Counted from the first letter of the whole stretch, positions 17,428 to 32,151 are shown. The stretch: 63,943 nt of DNA, filler included, from Aduncisulcus paluster (GCA_024181965.1; 5 parts of 5 records of this genome joined end to end with filler, not necessarily neighbours in it), one strand, 5' to 3'. The notes: a model not told the origin generated them from the sequence alone. Translations and numbers: made by a program.

Positions 17428-18148
17428 TGTGAGAATTATGTTAATAAAACCCTAGTTTCTCAGGAGGACCGAACCAAAGACAATCAGCAAGGATCCGTTA
17501 CTCACGGAACTGGCACCCTGCAAAGTGCAAAAAAGAATTCACACATTATTAATAAAAAACATATTAACAACAAAAAAAAATTCAATTAGACAATTTCGGC
17601 CAACCCACACAAAATAGAACCAAAAACCATTGTGGCACGTTCGCGAGATCGAAAATAGGCACACATCGATTTTTCGGGGTTTTTTAACAAAGGAAGGTTT
17701 TCAACTACCGTAATCCGTCAATTATGACGTTAACTGTTGGTTCGGAACGAGGCGTTTCCCTCGACCCCTACAAAGGTTTAGAACTCGAAAATATCAACAA
17801 TATTATTTTATTTAACTTTTTGCTTAAAATTCTAGGTATAAATTCTGACGATGCAAAGCGAATTTATAACCTAGACGAAGAAACATTTCGTAACTTTTAT
17901 ATACATGACTCAACAAGTACAAAAACAACTCTCTCAACTGTGGATTGGACTAGAAGTACCGATGAAGAAGTTTATTCCGACACTACTATGCTCCCTACAC
18001 TCCCAGCACCCAAATGGCAACTTTTGTTGAAAAAGATGGAGGAAAATCCAAAGGTAAGTTACTTTTGGCACAACCTGAGACAACAATTTGGATGGAAGAC
18101 GTCTATAGCGGATGCTCGTGAAAAACTATCCGTCCTGATGACTCAATG
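17428..18148 (+). mobile_element. Possible 5' end of an LTR retrotransposon (LTR-like segment, PBS-like motif, gag-like ORF 17724->18148)
   Basis: TGT...CA-bounded ~200-bp segment containing AATAAA, then TGGCACGTTCGC at ~17633. The ORF ends FWHNLRQQFGWKTSIADAREKLSVLMTQ, similar to the retrotransposon gag W..L...F.....A...L..L.Q pattern. The contig breaks here; no pol sequence is visible. Confidence 0.35.
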
Positions 18149-18248
18149 NNNNNNNNNNNNNNNNNNNNNNNNNNNNNNNNNNNNNNNNNNNNTTAATTAA
18201 TTAANNNNNNNNNNNNNNNNNNNNNNNNNNNNNNNNNNNNNNNNNNNN
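18149..18248. other. Artificial contig linker
   Basis: N run + TTAATTAATTAA (stop codons in all six frames) + N run, 100 nt. Confidence 0.97.
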
Positions 18249-21200
18249 TCTCTACCCAAAGTACTGTCGACACCTCCGTTTCTATCTATTCTTTCTATTC
18301 AAAGATAGGGACCTTATATCGGGAGACTATGGCCAATTATACATCTTCATCTCTAGAATCTTCCTGTCTCTCAGCCATTCCTCCTGTGACATCCTGCTCG
18401 ACAGATGTGCCCTGTATTCAGACATTTGATCGTGTTGATGGCCGATTTAACCACCTAACCCCAGGAATAACGTATGTGGAGCCAGAAACAATTCCGGAAT
18501 TCCTTGCTATTTCAGTTGGATACAACACTGATTATGTCTCCGATTTTTCTTCTATTTTTAGTTCTTCAGCATGGAAAACCGTCAGTACCGATGGAACAAC
18601 TCTTCCTTATTTGACCCTTATTCCAATTCCTCTTGGACTTTCTTATCGTTCCTCACTTTCCTCCACATCTTCATCCTATGAACTTAAAGCTACCTCTGTG
18701 TCCCATTCATTCTCAAATGACACCGATACCTTCCTATTTATGGGTTCTTCCTCCACCATTTTGTCCAATAATAGTGTTGTAATGTCAGTTTCCGTCACAG
18801 CCACCGATCCAGATCGTTCCTCATCTACCATCACCAAAATATACAACCCTTCGAATGAGATCCTTGCCATTGCCGTGTTTTCTTCAGATCTCAGTACCGT
18901 ATTCTCTTATGCTGTGATTGATTGTTCCCTTGATCCGATAGTTAGTGTGGTCTCTCATATCTCGTCCGCTGAATATTCTCTCTCGGTCGCTGGGATGGCC
19001 AAACCCTTCTCTGTTTCAATTGAATCACCTGTCCAGGCTTCCATTGATGTATGTTCTCTTGTTATGATTAGTGACTTGTACTTTTCTGGTTCCATTGTGT
19101 GGACTGATCTCACTTTGACAGAAATAGCTTCAACATGGGCATCTGATGAATCATTTCTTCCCCAAGACGATACTTATTTTGCCGATTATCTGTCTCTTCC
19201 TTTCGGAATTACCATTGACGATTCGATTCCGCTTGGGTGCAATATCGTAGGTCTTGATGCCGACGGGAATGATGAAGATATTTCCTCTGGCGAAATTCAT
19301 GCTGCTTGGACCCATTTGACTTGCGTGGACTACGATTCTGATCCCTCTGCCGTTGCCGACACTGATGATGTTATTCTTGAGATAAGGTTAGAATCTGATC
19401 CAGCAACAGAAAATGATACCGATCCCGAAATAACGTTAACCATCACAGTTGAAGCAAAATGGAAGGATCCATCATCCACAACATGTGCCAATTCTCTGGC
19501 TCCAATCTGGAAACTCAAGCCTGATGGGATAATTTATCACGGTATCTGTGAGTTATTTGTTGATGACCCCATTGCTGAAACAATCAACGGAATCCATGGC
19601 CCTGGTCTTATATTTGGTTATTCGACCCTTGGTGATCTCTCTATATCCTTTTCCCTCGGTAATTTACCTGATATCCCTCCAATTAAGTATCTTGAAACCT
19701 ATGATACATCCTCTTTCTTCTCTTCTCCACTGAAATCTGTCCAACGTGTGTCAATATCTCAATCCAATGTTGATCAAGATATTATCTGGGATGGCGATGG
19801 AAATGGATATTCGTCTGGTGCCTGGGACTTCAGAAGTACATATATTTATGATTCTACTGGTAATGTCGATGAGTGTAAACTTAACCGTTCACAGATCTTA
19901 CATAGCATTGACGTTATCAACTATAAACCCAATATGAATCCACTTGCTTGGTTCACATCCGTACCTTCCTATATTTTATCCCATACCAGTTTTGCTCGCC
20001 CTGTTCACACATCAGCTCTTGTGAATGGCTGTGCGACTGGAACAATGCTCCAGGATTGTGTCTACATCAGTCCATCCATTCCCTCATACTCTTTGTTGTC
20101 CACAGGTGAGATTGCACAGATTTACATGAGGAGATATAGTGATAGTGATGGTATGGTGGGTATTGAAATGGTATGTGGGGAAGTCTACTATGACTATCTT
20201 GGAATTCCTCGATGGGCAGAAAAAGATATAATTCGTCTTTCTGCTGAATTTACGAATGGATCATTGGCAATCCCAACCCAATATAGCTATAAATTGCATC
20301 GAAACCCCAGAACCAATGATTTTATGTTTTTCTTTTTGTTCATGACTTCATCAACATCTAATCCAGGCATTGTATTTAAAATATCCTCAAATGGAACTAT
20401 TTCTGTCATTTGCTCCAGAGATACCGAAAATGGAGGTTTCGCCATCAAGCCCAGTTCAGATGTTCATGTTACTGTGATAAACGATGATGTCGTTCGTGGC
20501 CATCTCTCTTCCTCTTATGACATTTCTATTTTTGATAATGTTCCTATTCGAGCCAGTTCTAAGTTCGAACTTTCCAGAGTCGTCATGAACTTTAATGGGT
20601 GTCTTACTGCGGCTTCACAGGAGAATGGGTGTGATAATGGTGTTTGTGCAACCGCGACCGCTGCTGGCACTTGCTCCTGTTCAGATGGATTTTCCTTCAA
20701 TTCGAGTGGTGTGTGTTCCTCCAAAAGTGGAGTTTCCACGGATCTGATGTTTCCTTCCAATTCAATATCTGCATCTTCCTCCTCTTCTTCTTCTGTAAAA
20801 TATGAACTTTATGAACAGAATCGGGATACCATTTCTTTACAATATCCCCTCCCTGATGATACTGAGATAATTATACTCAATAAGAATAGTCAATTGGATG
20901 TTTATGATCTCCATCCTATTTCCAGACAAACTCCATTGATCGTGTCATCAAACGAACGGAGTAGAATTAGGATTCCTCTTTCCTCTTCCCATCCGCAGTA
21001 TTCCTCTCTCCCGTCTTCTTCTTTCTTATTCCTCTCGGAGGCTTACCTTGATCGTGATCCCCTGTTTAAATTCGACTTGTTATTCATTCCCCCGATTGTT
21101 AGTTACACGGAATGGGATATGATGATCGTAGCGGCTGGAGATACGGGCATTAGTGCGAAAATGCCAGATGATGGGACTTCCTCTGTGAGTTCAACGCACT

Positions 21201-24200
21201 CTGCACATGTGATTGTTCCTTCCCTTGAGTTTTCTGCCCTGTCTGACGAATTGATATTGTTGATTGATCCTCCGATTGTTCTTGAAGGTGGCTCTGCAAC
21301 AAAGATCCAAGAGATCCGTTCATTTTCTACCCTTGAATCATATTATTCCTCTGTCATTGGTATCCAATTAATGGATGATACTGAATCTGTCCTTCAAACC
21401 CTCTCATTCTCGGCTCTTCTCAATCCAGATGTGTATAATTCACTGGACCAGTTTGTTGTTTTTTATGGGCAGCCTCCATCCAGTTTGATATCCGCATGTG
21501 GCGATGCTGATGACACTCCTGGCATTGATATTGAAGGATATTGGTTTGGTCTACGCTCAGAATTATCCAATTCAAGCAGCAGTTCTGATGAGGAAACACT
21601 GTATGGATTCCAAATATTGTTCTTTGTGTCGTTATCAGGTGCCCAGTGTTCATTGATTTCCCTCAATAATTCAGCTGAGGATATCCCATCAATAGCCGTT
21701 TCTGCACTTGGACAACCCAGTCTAAATGGTGTAACTTTAACGACAGAGAACTGTGGGTTCTCTTCTCCTTCGATGTCTCATCTTGTTGCTGCTGTTCGCT
21801 ACCCTGATCCTTCCTCCATCACTGAGGACACACAGAGTGAGATTTCAGAACTTGATATGACTGCAGTTTCCACAACTGGATGTGTTCATGGGGTTGTGAA
21901 TGATTCTCTGACATGTGACTGTGACCCTGCCTACGATTCAGACGAAAGGTGTGAGATTGAGGTTTGTGTTACAAATAGTGCAGCACAACTCTATCTGAGA
22001 AGACCTTCGATAATTCCTATCTCCTGTGTTTCAATTTACAATGCCTCAATCATGACCAATCTCTCAAATCAATATGTCGATGTGATTTCTTCAAGCACTG
22101 TATATGATGTTGATACATCCATGTCGACTGCTATCGTCGGTGAAGATAAGCGTTTGACTGTTTTTGGGGGGCAAGTTGATGGTTTGAGCATATACGCTTC
22201 AGAAGGAGCAAGGATTATTTTGGTTGGATCTTCCTTCTCTTCACAAGACAACTCAGATCATGGACCTGGTTCACTAATTCAAAGCTACCGCCCTGTTGAA
22301 CCCCTAAATTTTGACGAATATCTCACAATATCGCATTATATTTTCACTGCTGCCCAATCCTACTCTGTTTCTGAGAGTCTCCTTGACCTTGCTGATATTC
22401 CAACCTTAGAGACCTATGTGATGGATGACCCCACAGACAAGATCATGTTGATCGCTCCAATATCTGTTGGGGGCATGTTTGCAAAGGAGTTGATTGTTAC
22501 TCCTCGTGGAGATTTATGCGTTTCCTCTGCCTATGAAATCCGTGAATCCCAATTATCCACCGCCAATTGTGCCATTGGAATCATTGGACTTATCAATGAT
22601 CAAACGACTGCCAGTCTGAATAATCCTTTCATGGACCCAGCGTCTGGAGAATTGGGTGTGACAAAAGTGGCCATCGGTGTAGAAACCAGTGGTAATGGAT
22701 CATACGATTATTTTCATATCAGAATTTATGCCCAAAAAGGATCATCTTTGGACACTGATATCATGATAGATGTTTCCATTTCAACTGGAGGAATGTATTC
22801 AATTGTAATAGCGGAGTCCTCCCTGTCATACACAACCACTTTGACACTTAGAGACGCTGTGAGTTCTCCATCTTCTGATATTTTCTGTGAACACACCTTG
22901 TCTCATGACCTTGGAACCCAGGTGATCCTCTCTGCAACTCCTATCTCATATTCACTCGAATTAGTCACTTTGACATGTTCCCATGGATCTGCCGTGTCGA
23001 ACGATGGCGATGTATATTGTCAGTGTGATGATCGGTGGAGAGGAGAATACTGTGACACTTGCTCACTGGCATATTGGGGAGATGAACTAAACGGATGTTT
23101 ACAACCCAATTGTCGTGGAAGATGTGATGATTCCAGGTGTGTAGCTGTGTCCGATAATACTGCATATTGCGATTGTGAAGACGCATCTCTGGTGTATTCG
23201 TTAAACAGTGGGTCTCAACGATCTTTGTTTTCCAAGACAGTTGCTCTCTTGGATGCGGATGCGGATGCAGATTCTGCATATCTCGATCTCATTGATACCT
23301 ACGGAACAGATACCGATGTGTGTAATATACATCTTAATCCACGTTCTGAACTTACTCTGAATAACATCGGTGTGAACGGGAGTATTATTGCTGGCAGTTC
23401 TAGTACAATCAGTGTGACAGGAAATGTATTTATGCTTGGAGGCCACACACGTATATTCAGCCAAGAACCCATTCATAATGACACTGCAAAGTCTGAAATA
23501 ACAAATCCACAATCAAGTGATTTGTATTGGCAGACGACGAACGAAGATGCTGGTTTGATTTCAAATCATTCAGCTTGTCTTATTGGAGAAGTATCTTCAT
23601 ATGACGCTTATATATGTTCTGCTGTTGAAGCCTCACTTGACTCATCAACTTGTACCTCATCAAATTGGTTAAGTTTCTCTTGTGAAGATGGGTTTTCATC
23701 AAGAATCATCGACACATCAACCAGAAAACGGGGAGAAGATGTAAGTGATGCCGTTGGACTTATGTATTCATTCTCGGCATCAGAGTGTTCTCAACTGACT
23801 GATTCTTGTATTATCCCCCTCGAATTATGGCCAATTCCACTGTACAGCAATTCTATTCATTATCTGCAATTCTATGCCGGTCAAATCCTCCTTTTGGACG
23901 AAGATCAGGATGAAATTGGTATATTCACACCCGTTAATGAGGAAGTCAGTGCTCCTGTTGATGTGTACTTCGATGATCTGGATGGTGATTCCGGATGTTT
24001 TTGTTGTAACCACCGGATTCTACTCATCTCCACCGTTGAAACCCTTTCTTTCACTTCTGAAGTACAGATATCTCTCTATAGAGATGGCCGAATTACGATT
24101 GACTATGCGCTCGAAGAGGCTGTTGATGTAGCAAGCAAGGTTAGACCAAGTCTTGAAGTATCTGGACGTGAATCTCCTGATCTCTCCATTCCTGGCTCTT

Positions 24201-27200
24201 CCTTAATGTTTGGATATTCATCTCGTGAGGGCTGTGAGTCTTCCTCAAGTCCTGCAGTGGAATTTAGTATCTCGTATCTCCCAACACAGTCCTTCTCATT
24301 GAATATTGCTGCGGATGAGTGCGAAAATATTTGTCTTTTTGGCGTGTGCGCAGAGAACTTCAATGGTGTGAATGAATGCAGTTGTGGAGTCAGATTTATT
24401 GGAGATTACTGCGATTTCTGTGCTGGTGGCTGGGAATCTCCATCTGACACTGATCTTATGGGTGAACATTGTACGTCCGCATCATGTTCGTATTATTCAG
24501 GATGCAACGACAATGGTACATGCTCTGGAAATGAAATGAATGGTGTTCAACAGTGTGTGTGTGATGCGGGATATGTTGGGGTTGATTGTGCAACAGCTAC
24601 TCCAGAAGTTGAATGTGAATCCACATGTGAAAATGGCGGAATCTGTTTCTTAGGTGAATGCCACTGTGTGGATGGATACAATGGGGAAGATTGTAGTGAA
24701 ATTGAGTGTTCTGATGGCTGTTCTGAAGATATTGGCGGAGGTGAATGTGATACAAGCTCTGGTGAATGTGTTTGTTACTCAAATTGGAGTGGAGATGATT
24801 GTAGCGTCTATTCTTCAGATGGTTCGTGTCAATACGGTGTTGACAATGGATCTGGATGTACTTGCCAGTTGAACTACAGCGGAGATTACTGTCAATGTAA
24901 AAATAATTGTTCCCTTCATGGGTTGTGTAACGAGTGGGGATGTGAGTGTGAGGCTGGTTTCTCGGGGAGTGATTGTTCGATAGCTCGAGTACCTGTGATC
25001 GACACCGATTCTATTTATATCGATTATGATGAGGCTGTGATTGGATTTTCCTTCGAGAATATGGTCACAATATCTGGTGTTGATGCGGAAGATATCACAT
25101 TTGATTGTTCAATTCTAATCAATGAATTTGGAGATTCCGAACTGTTAGATTCTGTTGGTATGTTTGATTCCTCAACAATTTGCAAAAGGAGCGGAGATTT
25201 CATGTCTTTTCTTATATATCCTGGTCACAGATCCTGGGTCACATCAGAGATGACCTTTACGTTGGTATCTTCGAACATTATTGATAAAGTCACACGCCAA
25301 TCATCCAAATCCACAATTGAAATATACTTGGATCCGTCATTTTTCCCTTCAACAGAAGAAATACCTCTACCTGACTCTCTTGTTCCTCAAACATTGTTCC
25401 TTTGCCAATCCGGCTCAACCTGGACATCCCACGGTCTTTCTCTTGACGTATCTTCGCTCCAACATACAGGTTGGGGAAGAATTTACTATGTTTGGTCCAT
25501 AGTTCTTGCCGATGGACAAACAAATTCCACACTTGATCTATTGAATTCTTGGCTTCTTTCTCTTAGTTCAATTCCCCCTTCTTCAAGCTCTGTCACCCAA
25601 CTTGCTTCGTTCTCTCCAGTTGTCACGATTCCTTCATCGATTATCACTCTTCTTGCCCAAGATAATACCCTTGAATACATGACATTGCATCTTGAAGCCA
25701 CAAACCTCTTCCATTCCGTGTGGAGCGAGAAAGAATATGAGATTGAGTTTGTTCGTAATTCCAGTAGTATTTCTTTCTCAGTCCCATCGTTTCCCCACGA
25801 ACTCCATATCGACAAAGAGCTTGTGATTACACCTCAAGTGACTTGCAGCGAATGCAATACTGATGGAGTGGCTTACATAGATACTTATTGTGAAGTTTCT
25901 CAGGTTGTGTGGAGTTGGAAATGTCTAAATGCCTCCAAGAAAGATTCTATTCTTTTCTCGACCCCGGTTGCGATATTCCCAGAAAATTCTTTACAAATTG
26001 GAACATATTTATGTTCAGTTCAAGTCGAATACGATGGAGTCAGCAAGAAAAGGAATATTGAATTCACAATGATTGAAGCAGAAATCGCTATAACCATTGA
26101 AGATGTTGGAAGTGAGATGACAAGCAATCCTTTCTATGAAGCCAAAGAGTTTATATCCTCAAATTCACTTTCTGCCTCGTCAAAATTTGGTGTTAAATCA
26201 GATATTGTTGAATCCAGCAAATATGCACGTTCCATCCATCGAACAGCTCGCCCAGGAGATTCTATTCGCCTGCAATCTTTCGGTACTGTTTCTTCTGTTT
26301 CATCCCATTGGACTGTGACTCGAGATGAGCAAATAGTCATGACAACTTCTGGGTCTGAGCTCTCATTCTTCATTCCTGCCTATGTTTCTGCTGATACTCT
26401 GTATTGTTGCACTGCTTATATGTGGTCTGATTCCAATGGAACATTGCTGAAGACTTCAGACGTGTATGTACATGTTCTGGCCGGCGATAGACGGTCAGAT
26501 ATGGACTGGACAGATGATTTAATGCTTGGTCTTTCTATCCAAGGTATCACTTCGCTTGAAGAAGGAAAGACAATGAGATTGAGGGCTATTCCCCATGGAT
26601 ATTCAAGCCTCTCAAACCTTTCATTCTCTTGGAATCTTGATGTTGCTTCCATTCCAGATCGTTTGGTTGAACTTGCAGAATCCCGTTTAAAAGATGATCC
26701 TTTTGAAGATTTTACTGTAGATGATAGCCATCTTTTGAGTATCTTGGTAATTGAAGGTCAGAATTTCATTTCTTTATGCAACACGATCGGATATGACAAA
26801 CCATGCTTCAATGTCCAAGTATGTGATTCCCTCACTGAGCAGTGCGTATCCCTATCCGTTTGTGTTGAACTTGAACGATTGTTTGGCGTTGTTTATCCAA
26901 TTATGATGACAAACATTGAAGGTACCGATGATCTCATATGTAGCAAGCAACACTGTCTTGGCTACACTGAAACATCTCAAGTCACATCCGATGACATCTA
27001 TATTGAAGTCGAGAGCGATACTCTTTCTTCTGTTGATGGCGACCTACTTTCTCAAGAATTACAATGTGAGGAGTTTTCTAGAATTTCGACGACTATCCCC
27101 AAAACTGTATCACATGACCCAGTTTCTCTGCTCATTTCTATTGGCGATTTTATTGTCATTTCAAACTTCTCTTCCTCTTCCACCCCTATTTCTCTGCCGT

Positions 27201-29062
27201 GTTCCTACCTGTCCGAAGAATGGATGAATTACTTAGACACTGATACTCATGGAGTTTTACCCTCATTTTCTGTGTCTGAGTCCAATATTTCTGCTTATTC
27301 ATATGTTAGAAGTTCAGCAAGTGTGAAGGTTGACGTTGAGTCTTTATCTGGAACGGATATCACAGTGATGGGCAAATCTCTTCTAAGAGTCAAAAATACT
27401 GGTGATTCCTCCTCAACAGCTGTTGATATTCTGGATTATAACACCAGTGTTTCTCATTTGATTCGATTCCCATTCTCTTCATATTCCCATAAACTTGATT
27501 ATTGTGAGTCAGTTGGTGATGTGAGCTGCATTGTTCATGCGTGTTCCTCAATGCTGGCCATAGCAAATGACATTATTGAGATTCTTCAAGTTGAAATCGA
27601 ATCGAAAGGATCAAATCTTGAAGTTCCCGATAAAATGCGTAATATGGCCTTCAGATTCATGATTTCTTCCCATCTTTACGTTGCTAGTTTGAAAATTATT
27701 GAGATTATTGAGGATACAAATGTCGAAATTTACACGAGAATGCATGCCTTTAATTTATTCTTGAATTTTATGTATTTCTATATTGAAAACCGGATGGAGA
27801 CCGTTCCTTATATGTATTCAAATATAAATGAAGAAATTGTAATCGCCGAACAACAATATTCAGTACTTTTGAATGAAGGGATATTTCCTATTGTTGATGG
27901 AATATCAAAATCGGTCACTTATCACTTGAGAATTGAAGGTGATTTGAGTGGTGCTTCCTTCATTGACTTATTACCGAATGCCCCCATTGCACCAAATGAT
28001 TATCTTAGGCAGAGAATTGCTCGCCTCGAACAATACGTGTCGAATATATTTTTCGATATTTCCGCCTTTAGTTCTAGATCCAGTCTTTATCTGGATGTCA
28101 TTGTAGCCTTTGCAGGATCTCTCCCAAAGTATTTGGAATCTGGAGAAATATCATCAAAAAGTGAAATTGTGACCTTTTCTCGATTCGGAGGTGTTGATAT
28201 GTTGAATTATTCCGCATATAACCAATATTGTGATATGACGATAACATACAATAGTCTCTTTGATGATGAAACTTTGATATTATTCAACGAATACGATTCT
28301 TTGATTGGATGCCCCCTTGAGCTCATTCAATCAACACTAATTACGGACAAAATGAACGGGGCAACCGGTACAGAAACGGATGAAGAGCTTGATACATTGA
28401 AATCTGATGTTCTTGAGCAGGCTCGTTCTGTTCCTGCCTTGTTCGCTTTCAACAGACAGGCTGGAAATTCTCTCACTCGCCTTTCTGATGAATCTGAGAC
28501 TGACGGTTCCGTTGAGATCTTTTGTGATGGATGTTTTGCCATTAAGGTACCCAAAACATCGTATATCTCCTCTGTTTCTTCTTCTAACGCTGCTATATCA
28601 GGAGCTATCAAGACACACACAGACACAGAGTTGTATGTTCGAGTATATCGCCCTATTGCCGATGAGTATGAGGAGATTGATGGCATTGTTGAAGAGTTGA
28701 ATGAGACGGATGAAGAAGGAAACATTACTCAATATTATATTGTCAATGTTAGTAATATTGGTATATATCTTGTCTGTGAGCGAGAAATTGAAGTTGAGGA
28801 TATTTGGGTCAAGTGGGTTATCTTAATTGTTTGTATTCTCATGGGAATTGGTATTATCACTGGGATTGCTTTGTGCTTTGTAAAATCCCGGAAGAGAAAC
28901 GCTAAAAAGAAAAGAAGACAATCCACATATTCATATCCTTTAGATTTAAACGCAGAGGCTCACTATTCTTCTGAGCAACCGATTGAAAAGCTTGATATTT
29001 CTGCATCCAGAATAATGAAAAGCGATTACGTTCAGTCTCCATTGACATTACACACACTGTAA
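18249..29062 (+). CDS. Giant type-I surface protein with EGF-like repeats and a REJ/PKD-like region, 5'-partial
   Basis: Frame is open from the contig start. Tenascin-type EGF repeats (C.NGG.C..G.C.C..GY.G.DC); REJ-like segments (LDVSSL...YYVWSI, WSWKC...IFPENSLQIGTY); one C-terminal TM helix (WVILIVCILMGIGIITGIALCFV) followed by a basic stretch KSRKRNAKKKRR. Confidence 0.85.
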
Positions 29063-29109
29063 TACAGTATAAGTTGAATGATTTGTGAAATGTAACAAAG
29101 ATCGTTATC

Positions 29110-29135
29110 TTTTTTTTTTTTTTTTTTTTTTTTTT
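29110..29135 (+). repeat. Poly-T tract (26 nt) in the 3' flank
   Basis: Directly visible homopolymer. Confidence 0.9.
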
Positions 29136-31372
29136 AACCCTTTTAAAATAATTTTTTTATATTTCTTCTTTTCATCCGATTTTTAAGAAATCGAAAGGTT
29201 TTCATATTAATATTTTCGAATACATCTGTTGACAATTTCGACCGTTATTTGAGTTTGTCAATTCAACATCTTCAAATCATTATTTTATTCATTCCGTTTG
29301 ATTTGAATTTATTCTATTTTATTTTGAATTCATTCCTCTAATTTGTTGTATATGTTTATTGGAATGTTTAAGTTTAAACCATATTATCTTGTAAATTATT
29401 ATTTTTTATACATTATTTCATTTTTTACATGTCTTTTTTTACTTTTTGTATTGAGAAAGTTCTTTCAGTAATGAAACTATCTTTCTTGAATATTCACAAA
29501 ATTGACATTTGTTTTGTACTATATTGTCTTAAAACACATGTTTTTTGTACAATTCAAATTGTTGATATTTATTATTTCTTACCGTATCCTCCCTCATGAC
29601 GAGACTTCATTGAATTCACTTCCTTCCGAGTTCTGAATCCACCTTAAGATTTTCTCAGAAATAAGTGAATTATTGTTATTAAAAACCTGATTGTTATATA
29701 ATATTCCTGGACATTTCAAATGTCACCCATTTGGGTTTTCGTAGTTTTCTTTCTGTTTTAATATTGAAATGAATCATATCACATGATCATTGATCTTGCT
29801 CCGAGTAAGATTACTCAGTTAAACAATAAAAATGTCAATATTTCAAATCATCAAATCTGTTGAGTTTCGATTTTCGAAACGAACGGAAGACTTCCGGGAA
29901 GATCAATCACCTAATGTTAGCTGTTCTACAGAATTTATGCTTGGAGCAAATTTACTATTTTGAAATAAAATATAAATTCCCAGTTTTTGGATTTGAAACC
30001 AAACCGGAACCAAAAAATAAAACATTCTTAATCCTTTAATATAATAAGATGATAACTTCAAAATAATAAATAATAATAATAGTTTCTGTCAATAATAAAT
30101 AAACAACATTGTAATACCATCATACTAACACTAAAACAAAAATAATTGAAAATACAGCCCTTCACCGAAAAAATAAAGTGCAAGGAGAATGTGAATTTGT
30201 TGGAAAAATACCATCCTTCAATTAATTTGAGACAAAATCCACAAAACATGTTTATGGGCCGAGATAACCAATTCAAGATGAATATTACAAAATTTTCCGA
30301 AGGAAATCAACATTAAAATATTTATGTGTTATTTTTATGTTATAAATCCATCTTGACACTTTGTTATGTCCATTTCTCCCTTTTGTCAGCATTCTACAAA
30401 GCTCAATTATATTGGAGGACCATTTTATGAATATTATTTGCAAATATTAATATTTTATGGCAGTATAATCCACGATCACGATCTTGCGCATATTTTCTCA
30501 TATTTTGTGTAAATGTGCCTGTACCGAATTCATGAATGGGGTTTTCAGGATTTAATATTTGTATCCATTTAAATTATGATGTTTAGATGCATGATAATTC
30601 ATCCACAAATGCACATTTCAACTTTAATTCAACATCGTGCTTTCTAGCCTCATTTTTTAGATCTTGTATGATTTATTCATGATGGAATTATCATTTTATT
30701 CAAAATTAATTAATTGTGTTTATTCATATATAGATAGATCGCATAATAATAGATCGCATCAACATGTTGATAATCAACAGAACCTTTGTCATTGACAGTC
30801 AGACAGACTCATGCCCTGTGGAACACAATCCACACGAGTAAATGATTGAATTGCTTCAAAGTCAATCATTTTGTGTCACCAAAAGGAAAAAAATATAAAA
30901 AAAAGCAGAATCTACGCTTTTTAAAAAGTACAAAAATAGAAATTAATGGAAGAAAGAAAAACGTAAACAAACTACCAGTGCTTTATGCCACATCGTGTTC
31001 TTCAATATATAGAAACCAAGTAAATATGGACAAGAAAAACCTTTAAATTATAAAAGGGCATTTGAGATATGACTTTTTTGATGGCATAAAGATATGGAAA
31101 ACAACAAGTATGGAGAAGAAAACTAGATTATCATTAAATGATGAAAATAATGAAATATTTCAACAAGAAAATTGGATAAAAAAATAAAATAATAAAAAAG
31201 GAAAAGAAATTCTAGAATTTTACCGAAGGAATAATTAAAGTCAAGGAGAAGGAATTGCCGTAAAAAAAGTCAAACAAAAAACAAAAAACAAAATAAAAAA
31301 TTTAAAAATAAGAAACAAAAATTAATTTCAAGCCATATATTGCTCAAAAAATAGGATGGTTAAACCTTATCA

Positions 31373-31554
31373 TCAGAGATCTTCTCCCCAAATCTCCTTT
31401 CTTTCTTGATCTTCTTTCTTTCTCATCTCTTCCTCTTCCTGTTTCATCCGCTCTGATCCAAAAACAGACATTTGCCAATGTAGAAAAGATTCAAGAACAT
31501 TTAAGCGCATGATGGGTCTTTCAGATGGTCCTATTTTTGTCTTGGAACTTGTTT
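31373..31554 (-). CDS. C-terminal fragment of a hypothetical protein (5'-partial)
   Basis: My translation: TSSKTKIGPSERPIMRLNVLESFLHWQ...RKEIWGEDL, then TGA TGA TAA. Open to the contig end. Confidence 0.6.
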
Positions 31555-31654
31555 NNNNNNNNNNNNNNNNNNNNNNNNNNNNNNNNNNNNNNNNNNNNTT
31601 AATTAATTAANNNNNNNNNNNNNNNNNNNNNNNNNNNNNNNNNNNNNNNNNNNN
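31555..31654. other. Artificial contig linker
   Basis: N-TTAATTAATTAA-N spacer. Confidence 0.97.
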
Positions 31655-32151
31655 GGCCAAAAGTCAATTCGGTCACGCTTGAAGGAATATTTATCAATTT
31701 ATATATTTTTAAAAACATTAGGAAATTGAACTTTATTTTTATTGAGGGAGAATATTGAGTATTGACGTATTAAAATTAGTCTGTGTTTTGAGAAAGTAAA
31801 TATTCTCCATTTTCATTAAAATTTGAAAAAATTACAGAACTAAATATAAAAGAATAATTAAATTATATCAATTTTTTTTACATTCAACAACAGAATGGGC
31901 AGTTTTGGAACAATTTCATAAGACTCTCCGTATACTGAATAACGCAATAAAAAAACACAAAAAGGGGATAAAATAAAAACCAAACTAACCTCCCAATTGA
32001 ACTCATTCTGCCAAACTCTAAAATAAAATTATCAAAAAGGAATAATAAAGATCATCTTTGACGACAATGATTGTCTATCAATGGAAATGATATTATTATA
32101 AAAAAAATACTAGAATAAATAGATATAGATATTAAGTGATTTTCAATCTTC

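Noticed and set aside
18149..18248. Recurring TTAATTAATTAA between N runs as a biological repeat
   Set aside because: Identical 100-nt six-frame-stop linker at four places; a concatenation artefact. ORFs running into it end artificially.
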